The notes under the pieces were generated by a model, which ran no database searches, had not been told where the DNA came from, and saw only the letters and a list, made by a program, of their open reading frames with translations. From the NCBI GenBank assembly GCA_963846575.1, contig CAWJWJ010000002.1, positions 288,001-352,000 of the forward strand: a stretch of DNA of 64,000 nt, written 5' to 3'. The stretch's first letter is position 1. The number at the start of each line of letters is the position of its first letter. Source of the stretch: an uncultured Nitrospiraceae bacterium (GTDB taxonomy: Bacteria; Nitrospirota; Nitrospiria; Nitrospirales; Nitrospiraceae). Position numbers and translations under genes: made by a program. Of this stretch, positions 9,281 to 18,363 are shown in pieces.

Positions 9281-10519
9281 TCAGGAAACCGCCCGCTCGA
9301 ACTCCGTCGGAATGGTCCCGAGCACCGAAGAAATCTTGCGCACCGGAGCTTGTTCGTCCTGATTGGCCAGGTCGATGACGAGTGGCACGATATAGGGCGT
9401 GCCGGAGGGGTCGTGTGTAATGGTAATGATCGGTTGGTGCAGCTTGTTGGAATTGAGAACGGAAACGACGGCTCGTTCCCCGGTGGTCAGGGTGACATAA
9501 CTATAGACGGGGTAGATCCCCATCACTTTGACGAAGAGCGAAACCCACTGGTTTTCATACTTGCCCTCGTGTCCTTCCTGGTAGAGCCGTTGCAACGACT
9601 GGTGCGGAGTCAGCGGTGAGGCGCCGCCGAATCCGGTCAGCAGTTCGTCATAACGTTCCGCTACCATGACGATACGGGTCATCTCCGAGGTGAATGCGCC
9701 TCTGGTTTCCGCTGGAAAGCCGCTACCATTCAGGTAGGCATGGTGCTCTGCCACAATTTGTTCAACCGCCGGAGCGAACCCTCCTTGCCGCTCGAGCAGA
9801 ATCGCGCCGGAGCGGGCGTGGGCCTCGTAGGCTCGGCGGTTCTGTTCTGACAGGATGGCGGAGGTATCATGGATCCGCTGAAGTACGGTCGGCGAGACCT
9901 GTAGGAGTCCGAGATCGTGCAGGAGCGCTCCGGTGGCAAGATCCTGGAGCGCAAACAGGTTGTACGCCGCGGCGTGAGCGAGAATCATCGAAAAGGTGCA
10001 GGTCGCGAGCGCATGTTCGCTGAGGGAGTGGTGCCCTCCGCGGCCTTGGCTGAAGGCGATGAACAGAGCACTGGTCGTGAGGGTTTTGGCCACCGCATCG
10101 ATTTCGTGAATGGTGTGTTCGGCCTTCTCAGGATCGACGACACCTGATTCGGTAATGCGCGCAAAGATCGACTGCACCGATTGTTCCAACTGTCGACGCG
10201 CCGTTCGGGCATCCTGCAGCTCCTGCGTCATCGCTTCGAGTGAGCGTACGGCCGATGACTTGGCCGATGAGGAGATCTTCGGGTGTATGGTCACATGCTG
10301 CTTTGCCGGGGCAGAGGCGGACGTCTCCGCCACGTCGAGCCCCCGGGCGGGATCAATCTTGAGTTGTTTCACCCCGGCTCGCCGTAACTTTTGAATCTGT
10401 TCGTCCGTGCGAATCAGAAATGAATGCCTGAAAAATGGCGAGCGGAACCATGCCAGATCCAGTTTAGCGACGTGCATTCCGATCCGAAGCGATTCGATGG
10501 TAATGTGCCGGTATGTCAT
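9281..10519 (-). CDS. DUF3391-type HD-GYP domain protein with degenerate motifs
   Basis: N-terminal LRIGMHV..L..WF..PF; LLHDLG; EHHAYLNGSGFP; C-terminal GIYPVYSYV.L.TGE. Confidence 0.85.
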   Translation of the reverse strand: MTYRHITIESLRIGMHVAKLDLAWFRSPFFRHSFLIRTDEQIQKLRRAGVKQLKIDPARGLDVAETSASAPAKQHVTIHPKISSSAKSSAVRSLEAMTQELQDARTARRQLEQSVQSIFARITESGVVDPEKAEHTIHEIDAVAKTLTTSALFIAFSQGRGGHHSLSEHALATCTFSMILAHAAAYNLFALQDLATGALLHDLGLLQVSPTVLQRIHDTSAILSEQNRRAYEAHARSGAILLERQGGFAPAVEQIVAEHHAYLNGSGFPAETRGAFTSEMTRIVMVAERYDELLTGFGGASPLTPHQSLQRLYQEGHEGKYENQWVSLFVKVMGIYPVYSYVTLTTGERAVVSVLNSNKLHQPIITITHDPSGTPYIVPLVIDLANQDEQAPVRKISSVLGTIPTEFERAVS

Positions 10520-10578
10520 GACCTGTGAGCGGAGGCGACTGGTGCGTAATCGCGCGCGTGCTCGCGCGCGTCCCCCTC

Positions 10579-11214
10579 TTAGTCTCGCGGCGCAGGCGCG
10601 GGATTCTTCAGAGTAACGATGGGTGATACGGCGGATGCGAGGGGCCGAGGAATATCAGGTGACGCGGTTGGTGCGACTGACAACCGGATGTCCATTCTGG
10701 GATTCTCCCGGTCTTGAAACTTGTACAGGTGGACCTCCACCACCCGATTATCATTCAGCCCCAGCCCTTCGCACATAGCGTCCTGCGCGATTTTCAGTCC
10801 TCCATCAGTATCCCGACGAAGCGCCGATGCAAAGAAAAAATGGATCGATAAGGAGAGGCTCGCCTGACGCAAGATTTGTCTTACATTAACACGATGTGGC
10901 GATTGGGCAAGCGCAACTAGGATTTGTTGCGCGACCAGACTCTTGTAGGCGCGTCCCTTGGCGGAAAGGAGACGACGTCCGTTGACGGTGGCATATTGGT
11001 GATTCACGCTGGGAGGAACCGGCAACGTCAGTTGAATGAAATCCTGAGCGACCAGCACCGCCAGCTGAGGCGGCATGCGCGGGGAACCTGTGGTGCGGGC
11101 TTTGACCGACTTGCGTGAGCGTGCAGGATTCTCGCCGCCAGCTGTGGACGGTTCGGTCGATGCGCGATAAGACGTAGACCTGAGCGTGACGGGGTTTTGT
11201 CGGGGAAGGGACAC
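10579..11214 (-). CDS. rusA: RusA-family Holliday junction resolvase
   Basis: LPVPPSVNHQY, RRDTDGGLK..QDA, LNDNRV; start is GTG 11214 or ATG 11076. Confidence 0.85.
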   Translation of the reverse strand: MSLPRQNPVTLRSTSYRASTEPSTAGGENPARSRKSVKARTTGSPRMPPQLAVLVAQDFIQLTLPVPPSVNHQYATVNGRRLLSAKGRAYKSLVAQQILVALAQSPHRVNVRQILRQASLSLSIHFFFASALRRDTDGGLKIAQDAMCEGLGLNDNRVVEVHLYKFQDRENPRMDIRLSVAPTASPDIPRPLASAVSPIVTLKNPAPAPRD

Positions 11215-11239
11215 GCGGCGCAAGGGCCTGCCTATTACA

Positions 11240-11680
11240 CTAGAGAAGATTTTGAATCTTAGCCATATCCTGTTCAAACCGATCTTCGGTTCTGGTGAGG
11301 TACCGTCGCCATTCCGCCGGGCCCCAGACCTCCAGTCGGTGATACATTCCCACGAGGAATATTTCCTGATCCTCATCCATGGGGACGAGCTTCCGAAGGC
11401 GGCTTGGAATGAGTACACGGCCGGCCTTATCAATATCCGAGATGCCGGCTTGCGACATCACATGATGCATGAACAGACGGCTCTGATCCTCATCCAGCGT
11501 GGTCCTGGTTCGCTCCAGTACCTTTTCCCACTCCTTGGCTGAATACATCCAAAGCGTCTGTTCCGTATTCTTCAAGAACATCACCTGGTTGCCTTCGGTC
11601 TCGAGGCGTTCCCGGAGAGGAGACGGAATCAGAAAACGTCCCTTTTCATCGACTTTGCAGAGGTATTCACCGGCAAACAT
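11240..11680 (-). CDS. mraZ: MraZ-family transcription regulator (orphan paralog)
   Basis: MFAGEY..VDEKGR..IP and second repeat IDKAGRVLIP..LR, LEVW; GGAGG 8 nt upstream of ATG 11680. Confidence 0.88.
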   Translation of the reverse strand: MFAGEYLCKVDEKGRFLIPSPLRERLETEGNQVMFLKNTEQTLWMYSAKEWEKVLERTRTTLDEDQSRLFMHHVMSQAGISDIDKAGRVLIPSRLRKLVPMDEDQEIFLVGMYHRLEVWGPAEWRRYLTRTEDRFEQDMAKIQNLL

Positions 11681-11695
11681 GATGGGCACCTCCGG

Positions 11696-11893
11696 TCAAG
11701 GCCGCGGTGCGGGGGCGGAACGCTCTCGCAGCCACTGTTCGAGATCGGTGCGAACGAAGCGCCATTCCTTGCCCAGTTTGAATCCAGGCAGATGGCGGTC
11801 CTGAATATAGCGGTACAGGGTACGAGGGCTGACCTTGAGATACCGGCACGTCTCCGCCACAGTCAGGAGTTCGTTCTTGAGGTCGGTTGTCAT
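11696..11893 (-). CDS. Excisionase-like HTH DNA-binding protein (HTH_17)
   Basis: LLTVAETCRYLKVSPRTLYRYI..LPGFKLGKEWRF..DLEQWL. Confidence 0.9.
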   Translation of the reverse strand: MTTDLKNELLTVAETCRYLKVSPRTLYRYIQDRHLPGFKLGKEWRFVRTDLEQWLRERSAPAPRP

Positions 11894-11955
11894 GTCGAAT
11901 CAGAGGTAGTGCGAGTAAGAACATAGGAGCTAGGGTATGGTGCGTTTCTACCTCG

Positions 11956-11984
11956 ATGGTAGGAGACAAGGCCAAGCCTGTCAA
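11956..11984 (-). promoter_or_regulatory. sigma70 promoter of the HTH-mraZ-rusA operon
   Basis: Minus strand TTGACA-N17-TACCAT. Confidence 0.75.
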
Positions 11985-12007
11985 GTGATTATTCATGACA
12001 ATATGAG

Positions 12008-12352
12008 TCAGTCGAAGTCGGTAGGGCTCATGTCGGACAGTCCATGCTGCCCGTCTTCCATCGCGGAATCCACTTCGTCCCCAAGGTCCTCGCCCATCTC
12101 CTGCCCCATTTTTTTCATGAATCGGGCCATGCTCTGCGGATCGTTCTCATCCAATCCTCCAAGCTGGCTCGGGTCAGCGAGAGCCTCCAGGCGAGCCTCT
12201 TCAGATTTGGGAGAGGCGAATCGGGACATGAGTCGTTCCAGATCGGGGCTGTGACAGTGACGGCAGGACTGGGGCGGAGGCGCGCTGATGCTCAAGACTA
12301 ATCGGGTGGTTCGTTGTGTACATTGTCGACAGCGATATTCGTAGATCGGCAT
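12008..12352 (-). CDS. FmdB-family zinc-ribbon protein
   Basis: MPIYEYRCRQC...CRHC; acidic tail. Confidence 0.88.
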   Translation of the reverse strand: MPIYEYRCRQCTQRTTRLVLSISAPPPQSCRHCHSPDLERLMSRFASPKSEEARLEALADPSQLGGLDENDPQSMARFMKKMGQEMGEDLGDEVDSAMEDGQHGLSDMSPTDFD

Positions 12353-12355
12353 AGA

Positions 12356-13153
12356 CTAGGCTCGCAGGTCCCCTGGTTGATCAAAGGCTGAGGGCGGCAG
12401 TGCTGAGTCCGGCACCATGCCCCTCTCGACCGAACGAGCAAGGGCGAGGACCGCCACCTCCAGAGCGCCAGCTTGGAGGAGAACTTTCGCACATTCATTC
12501 ACGGTGGTGCCAGTGGTGAACACGTCGTCGATGATCAGGATGCGTTTGCCAAGGACTTCCCGGGGAACACGGAGTGCGAAGGCCTGATGAAGATTTCGAA
12601 GGCGGGCGGAGCGCGGAAGGGTGATTTGCGGATCCGTATCGACCGTTCGCATGAGGTTTCGCCAGGACACCGGTCGCTGTAACACCGGACTGATGCGGTC
12701 GGCCAGAAGCAGCGACTGATTAAATTCCCTCTCACGGAGCCGTGCGGGATGAAGCGGAACGGGCATCAGTATGTCGGTAGTCAGATCCGGCGGGAGGGAA
12801 CGCGCCAATAATGCACCCAACGAATCCGCTAACGCCACCTTGCCTCGATATTTGAACAGCGCGATGGCATCTCGCAGTGGGGGAGTGTAGGCGTAGGAAG
12901 CCCACACCTGGGTATACTGAGGGGCACGTGTACGACAATCATGACATTCGTGCGTGGGGCTATGACTTGTGGCTGAGGCTGATGCGAAGGGGCGATGGCA
13001 ACGGGGGCAGCCTGGCCCCGGCAGAGGTCGAATGTATTCCCAGCATTGACGGCAAAAAAACGGGTTGGGATCGTCGGTTAGCGGCTGAGTGCAACTGGTG
13101 CAAGCCGATGGCAGTAACAGTCGCGCGGCTCGTCTCAGCATACTTGCGACCAT
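12356..13153 (-). CDS. comF: ComF family protein (double zinc ribbon + PRTase domain)
   Basis: Four CxxC pairs, PVPLH..RLREREFNQS, IDDVFTTGTT; start placed after AGGAGGGG. Confidence 0.9.
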   Translation of the reverse strand: MVASMLRRAARLLLPSACTSCTQPLTDDPNPFFCRQCWEYIRPLPGPGCPRCHRPFASASATSHSPTHECHDCRTRAPQYTQVWASYAYTPPLRDAIALFKYRGKVALADSLGALLARSLPPDLTTDILMPVPLHPARLREREFNQSLLLADRISPVLQRPVSWRNLMRTVDTDPQITLPRSARLRNLHQAFALRVPREVLGKRILIIDDVFTTGTTVNECAKVLLQAGALEVAVLALARSVERGMVPDSALPPSAFDQPGDLRA

Positions 13154-13208
13154 CACGGGTGATCCCCTCCTGCTCATGCAGCGCACCTCACCAGAATCGA
13201 GCGTTCGA

Positions 13209-13237
13209 CTTGTACGGAAAACCCTTCTGCCTGTCAA
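13209..13237 (-). promoter_or_regulatory. Putative sigma70 promoter of comF-fmdB
   Basis: Minus strand TTGACA-N17-TACAAG. Confidence 0.55.
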
Positions 13238-13372
13238 GGTTGTGACCTGTAAAGAGGGTATGGTATAGGACCATTCTGCCTGCGTAAGGACACGTTAGTG
13301 TGATCGGGCAGGTGGAGGCAGACTTGCCTGCCGACGATTCACCTCAAGTATACGGTCATCAGTCCCCAAAGC

Positions 13373-14071
13373 ATGCCAGACCCTGTCAAGACGCTCGTGA
13401 CTGTGCAGAATCTCTCCAAGGAATACAGTCGCGGACAGTCCGTCGTCCACGCGCTTCAAGATATCACCCTTGACGTGAAGCCGGGAGAATTCGGCGCCTT
13501 CGTGGGTCCCAGCGGCTGTGGGAAGAGTACCCTGCTGAATCTCATCGGAGGTTTGGACCAGCCCACTTCCGGCAGCATCGCCATCGAGAACCAGTGTGTG
13601 ACTCAAGCCAGTGCCGCTGAGTGGACGCGACTGCGGCGGGAGTTGATCGGAATCGTCTTTCAAGCCTTTCATCTCATCCCGGGACTGACCGTTGCGGAAA
13701 ACGTAGCACTGCCTCTTTTGCTCAGAGGAGAGTACGGGGGGGCGGTCGCGGAACGTGTGAAGGAGGTACTGGGGGCGGTGGGAATGGATGCTCGCCGTTC
13801 GCATCGACCCAGCGAGTTATCGGGTGGTGAACAGCAGCGTGTCGCCATTGCCCGGGCCATCGTACATCGGCCGCGACTCATTTTGGCAGACGAACCAACA
13901 GGCAATTTGGATTCGAAACAGGGTGCCGACATCATCACGCTATTCCGCACGCTTCCACGACGCTTCGGCCACTCGGTGTTACTGGTGACACACAGCGAAG
14001 TCGCGGCGGCAGCGGCGGACTATGTGTGGCATATGCGGGATGGCCGGCTGGTGAACTGTGTGCGACAGTAG
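13373..14071 (+). CDS. ABC ATPase (LolD-like)
   Basis: [26 protein letters not shown]. Confidence 0.94.
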   Translation: MPDPVKTLVTVQNLSKEYSRGQSVVHALQDITLDVKPGEFGAFVGPSGCGKSTLLNLIGGLDQPTSGSIAIENQCVTQASAAEWTRLRRELIGIVFQAFHLIPGLTVAENVALPLLLRGEYGGAVAERVKEVLGAVGMDARRSHRPSELSGGEQQRVAIARAIVHRPRLILADEPTGNLDSKQGADIITLFRTLPRRFGHSVLLVTHSEVAAAAADYVWHMRDGRLVNCVRQ

Positions 14072-14298
14072 TCCATGGCGGCTGGAAAAAATATCTCGAA
14101 CGCACCGGCCTGCCGACCGGTCCGATATGAACGCGGCCTCGGTAAGCAGGAGATTTAAATGTCGACTAAGCAGGACCGCGCCCGGTGCGCGCCAAGCTCT
14201 CCGCGGAGCATAATGTGCCTTGGGCGTTGCTGGGTCGGCCCTGCGGCCTGTGCAAGTGGGCGGACGTTGTGTGGGTCTCACGATGAGAAAGGATCAGC

Positions 14299-15225
14299 AT
14301 GGATTTGAGCGCCACCATTGCCGGCGTGAAGTTTCCAACCTGTTTGATGAATGCGTCCGGGGCACTCTGTATGACGCGCGAGGAGTTGCTCGCACTGGGC
14401 CGCTCACGCGCGGGGGCGATCGTGACCAAATCGATGACACTGGAACCACGTCTGGGAAATCCCGAACCGCGTTATTATGGCTTCCCGGGCGGCTCCATCA
14501 ACTCGATGGGGCTTCCGAATCTCGGGTACCGGGCCTATGCGGAACTGATTCCCGAACTCAAACAGTTTGGCAAGCCGGTCATCGCCAGTATAGCCGGACT
14601 TTGTGAGGACGATTTCCTCATCATGGCCCGGGTGATCAATCAGGCCGGCCCTGATCTCATCGAGGTGAATCTATCCTGTCCGAACATTCCGGGGAAACCG
14701 CAGATTGCTTATGATCCGGTTGACTCAGAGCGGCTCTTGAAGCGGGTGCGTCCCCTCATCAGTGTACCCATGGGTGTGAAGTTGCCGCCCTATTTCGACC
14801 CGGTTCACCATGCCGTGATGGCCGAGGTGATTCGTCGCTGTGGTGTGGACTATTTGAATCTGATTAATTCCGTCGGCAATGGACTCGTCGTAGATCCCAA
14901 GCTCGAAAGTGCAGTCATCAAGCCCAAAGGGGGATTCGGAGGTTTAGGGGGCGCGTTGATCAAACCTGTCGCGCTCGCAAATGTGCGGGCCTTTTGGAAA
15001 CTGCTGCAGGGACGGATTCCGATCATCGGCACCGGCGGGGTCATGGAAGGGGTAGATGTATATGAACATGTCCTGTGCGGCGCATCGGCGGTGCAGGTGG
15101 GAACGGCATTGGTGGAAGAAGGCGTAGAAGTGTTCGACAGGTTGGAAAACGAATTGGCGGCGGAGCTTGTCGCCCGCGACAAGCGGGGACCGAGTGAGTG
15201 CCGGGGAAGTTTGAAAGAGTTATAG
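14299..15225 (+). CDS. pyrD: Dihydroorotate dehydrogenase, class 1A-like
   Basis: MNASG, TKS, INSMGLPN, catalytic Cys in NLSCPN, VKLPPYFD, GFGGLGG..KP.ALANVRAF. Confidence 0.92.
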   Translation: MDLSATIAGVKFPTCLMNASGALCMTREELLALGRSRAGAIVTKSMTLEPRLGNPEPRYYGFPGGSINSMGLPNLGYRAYAELIPELKQFGKPVIASIAGLCEDDFLIMARVINQAGPDLIEVNLSCPNIPGKPQIAYDPVDSERLLKRVRPLISVPMGVKLPPYFDPVHHAVMAEVIRRCGVDYLNLINSVGNGLVVDPKLESAVIKPKGGFGGLGGALIKPVALANVRAFWKLLQGRIPIIGTGGVMEGVDVYEHVLCGASAVQVGTALVEEGVEVFDRLENELAAELVARDKRGPSECRGSLKEL

Positions 15226-15268
15226 CGGAAGAGACAGTGAGACTCTCTGCGGAACGGGTGTGCGGGAA

Positions 15269-15613
15269 TTATTTGAATGCGAAATTTTTCGGGAGAAATC
15301 CCTGCTGCAGCGCTTGACGGAGAAGCTGTGCCACGTTGCGAACCTTGAGCCGCCGCATCAGATTGAACCGATGCACCTCCACCGTCCGGACGCTGATCTC
15401 AAGCCGGCGGGCAATATCCCGGTTCGTATTCCCTTGCGACACCAGTTTCAAAATTTCTTTCTGGCGCGGCGTGAGGCCGTCCGATCGCTTGCCGGTCGGT
15501 TTCGTCGGTCTGCTCGATTGAGTCCTCTTGGTGGCGCGCGCAGTCTTAATTGGCCTGGCGGGCTTTCTCGTCTTGGAAGATTTTTTGGAGCGAACCGGTT
15601 TGCGAGGTGCCAT
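15269..15613 (-). CDS. Stand-alone LuxR-type HTH with Lys/Arg-rich N-terminal tail
   Basis: LTPRQKEIL..G.TNRDIA..LEISVRTVEVHR.NLM..L; no receiver domain. Confidence 0.85.
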   Translation of the reverse strand: MAPRKPVRSKKSSKTRKPARPIKTARATKRTQSSRPTKPTGKRSDGLTPRQKEILKLVSQGNTNRDIARRLEISVRTVEVHRFNLMRRLKVRNVAQLLRQALQQGFLPKNFAFK

Positions 15614-15708
15614 AGAGATTCTGTGTCCCAAATTCTACTGTTAGTAATCTTAGCATACCTAGGGAAATCTGTAAAAACAATTACTGGGCCCTAAACTGGC
15701 GTGCACTG

Positions 15709-18363
15709 ATGTCATTGATACCTTTGTCTTTCGTCGCAGTTTTCGTTCGCCTGGGATGGACCCATTTGTTCACGCATCCTGGTCGTACCTTCCTCACCAC
15801 GGTCGGAGTGGGACTAGGAGTGGCGGCAACCATTGCCGTTCAAACGGCCAATGTGAATGTTTTACGTTCATTCGAAGAGTCTGTCTTGAAGGTGGCCGGT
15901 CCCGTGACCCTGGAGGTGTCAGCAGGAGAGGCCGGAATGGATGAGGGTCTTATCACCGTCGTGCGACGCGTTTCCGGGGTGGAATCGGCAAGACCGGTAG
16001 TGGATGTGGGCGTTCGGATGGCTTTAGGTGACGGGCGGCAGCAGTCGCTCCGTATCCTCGGAGTGGACCTTTTGGATGAACTAAACTCGCCGAAAGGTCG
16101 TATTCCCGCTTCCTTCGAGGCGCTCAAAAACACAGGACAGGAGCAAGGGTTGGAAGGCCTGCTGGCCCCCCATGGCATGTTAGTGGGCCACGCCTTGGCG
16201 TCGGAGTTGGAGCTTCAACCTCGGAGCGACCTTGCCCTGGAGATCGGGGGGCGAAAGGTGGCGGTCACGGTGACCGCAGTGCTGGATCCAGGACTGGATT
16301 CCCGATCGATATGGGACCGTCTGGCGGTCATGGACATTGCCGCCGCGCAACGGACATTCGGCCTAGTCGGGCGTTTGGATCGCATTGATGTCGTCACGCA
16401 GTCTTCATCTCCGGTCGAGCAGGTGGCTGAGGCGATCCAGCGGATACTGCCTCCCGCTGTCACGGTACAACGTCCGATTCAGCGCAGCCGACAGGTCGAA
16501 TCGATGGTCGGCGCATTTCAAATGAATTTGTCCGTGTTGAGTATGGTGGGTCTCCTGGTCGGCATATTCTTGATCTACAACACGGTGTCTTTTGCCGTGA
16601 CGCAACGTCGGCGGGAGGTAGGAATACTGCGCGCGATCGGGATGTCCGAACTGATGGTCGTTGCTCTCTTTCTGGTGGAGGCCGGACTGTTTGGTTTGGC
16701 TGGGGGATTCGTCGGAGGCGGACTGGGCCTCCTCCTCGGCAATGTACTGGTTGGTTTGGTTGGCCGAACCATCCATGATTTGTATGCCCCGATGGCCGAC
16801 ATCTCGCAAGTGTTCGGGTTCCCGCCAGGATCCGGCCTGCTGTTACTTGAAGCCCTGGTGATCGGCAGCGGCGTGTCTATGCTGGGTGCGCTGGGACCGA
16901 GTGTGGATGCGGGACGTACTATTGTGGTCGCAGCCCTGGCTCCGGGAGAGTACGACGTTGCACAGCGAATGCGTGCGGTTCCTCTTGGTATCGGCGGGGC
17001 TATGTTGTTGGTGATCGCAATGGGCTGTGCCCTGGCCGATCCCATCGGCGGAGTGCCGGTCTTCGGGTATCTTGCGACTTTTTGCATCCTGGCCGGGTTA
17101 TCCTGTTTAGCTCCGATTGTGATTCAGCAGTTTTGTGGCGCGCGAGAGTTAGACAAGGCTCCGCTCTCGCCGTCTTTGGGAGGCGCCATCCGGCACATTG
17201 CACGGGAGCAGACCACCAGGGGCATGGGGCGGAATGCGGTCACGGTTTCCGCTTTCCTCGTGGGCGTGGCCATCATGGTCGGCGTCCTGGTGATGATTCG
17301 CAGTTTTCGAGATACGGTAGAGATCTGGATTGATCAGACCGTCATGGCGGATCTCATCGTGGCCCCAGGGGGGTGGCCACAGACCAGCCACAGCGGCACC
17401 GTTAACAGCACGCTTCCCGCGCTCTGGCGAGCGACGTTGGCCCGGACGGACCAGGTGTCCGCCGTCGATGCGTACCGTGATCTTCGGATCGAGTTACGGG
17501 GACGACAGGTTGCATTGGTATCCCGGGATCTGGCGCTCCATGCTGCGCGAAGTCGATACCTTTTCCTTGAAGGTCAAGCGGTGGAAATTTTGGCTGGCGC
17601 CGCCGCCGGGCAGGGGGCCATCCTTTCTGAGGTGTTGGCGAATGCTCTCAATGTGACGAGAGGCGACAGGTTGTCCGTCATAACGCCGTCGGGTGAGAAA
17701 TCGATTACGGTTTTGGGAGTATTCTTCGACTATGCGACAGATGGCGGAAAGCTCGTACTTGATCGTTCGCTGTTCCAGAGATGGTGGCAGGATGATGCCG
17801 TCACCCTTTTCTCCGTTTATACCGAAACCGGTGCGGATCTTGGGCGCGTCCGGCTCGCCCTTTTAGACAACCTGGCACAGGAAACGGGAGGGACGAGGTC
17901 AACGACAGTGTTGACCAATGGGGAGTTGCGAGAGGAGATTCTTCGTATTTTTGACCGCACGTTCACTCTGACTTACGTGCTGGAAGCCATCGCCGTGATC
18001 ATTGCGATGCTCGGGATCATCAATACGCTCGTGACGTCAGTCGTGGAACGACGTCGAGAGTTGGCGACGTTGCAAGCGGTCGGCAGCAGTCAGGGACAAA
18101 TTATTGCTCTCATTCTGTGGGAGGCTGGATACCTTGGTCTGCTGGGGACGGCGATGGGATTGTTCGGAGGGCTTGCGCTTGCCTGGATACTGGTCCGAGT
18201 CATCAACCGGCAGTCGTTCGGCTGGACGATCCAGATCTCGTGGCCCATTGGCCTTATGGCCGAAGTCGCCGTCCTGGCCTTGGTGGCGTCGCTCCTTGCC
18301 GGACTCTGGCCGGCAAGGTGGGCTGCCAAACAACCGCTGATAGAGGGATTGCGTTATGAATGA
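15709..18363 (+). CDS. Double FtsX-type ABC permease
   Basis: Two MacB_PCD/FtsX halves: QRRREVGILRAIG and ERRRELATLQAVG; ends GLRYE. Confidence 0.9.
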   Translation: MSLIPLSFVAVFVRLGWTHLFTHPGRTFLTTVGVGLGVAATIAVQTANVNVLRSFEESVLKVAGPVTLEVSAGEAGMDEGLITVVRRVSGVESARPVVDVGVRMALGDGRQQSLRILGVDLLDELNSPKGRIPASFEALKNTGQEQGLEGLLAPHGMLVGHALASELELQPRSDLALEIGGRKVAVTVTAVLDPGLDSRSIWDRLAVMDIAAAQRTFGLVGRLDRIDVVTQSSSPVEQVAEAIQRILPPAVTVQRPIQRSRQVESMVGAFQMNLSVLSMVGLLVGIFLIYNTVSFAVTQRRREVGILRAIGMSELMVVALFLVEAGLFGLAGGFVGGGLGLLLGNVLVGLVGRTIHDLYAPMADISQVFGFPPGSGLLLLEALVIGSGVSMLGALGPSVDAGRTIVVAALAPGEYDVAQRMRAVPLGIGGAMLLVIAMGCALADPIGGVPVFGYLATFCILAGLSCLAPIVIQQFCGARELDKAPLSPSLGGAIRHIAREQTTRGMGRNAVTVSAFLVGVAIMVGVLVMIRSFRDTVEIWIDQTVMADLIVAPGGWPQTSHSGTVNSTLPALWRATLARTDQVSAVDAYRDLRIELRGRQVALVSRDLALHAARSRYLFLEGQAVEILAGAAAGQGAILSEVLANALNVTRGDRLSVITPSGEKSITVLGVFFDYATDGGKLVLDRSLFQRWWQDDAVTLFSVYTETGADLGRVRLALLDNLAQETGGTRSTTVLTNGELREEILRIFDRTFTLTYVLEAIAVIIAMLGIINTLVTSVVERRRELATLQAVGSSQGQIIALILWEAGYLGLLGTAMGLFGGLALAWILVRVINRQSFGWTIQISWPIGLMAEVAVLALVASLLAGLWPARWAAKQPLIEGLRYE

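Noticed and set aside
10579..11893. Prophage or integrative element suggested by Xis-like and RusA genes
   Set aside because: No integrase, att-like repeats, structural genes or obvious composition shift; kept as an operon finding instead
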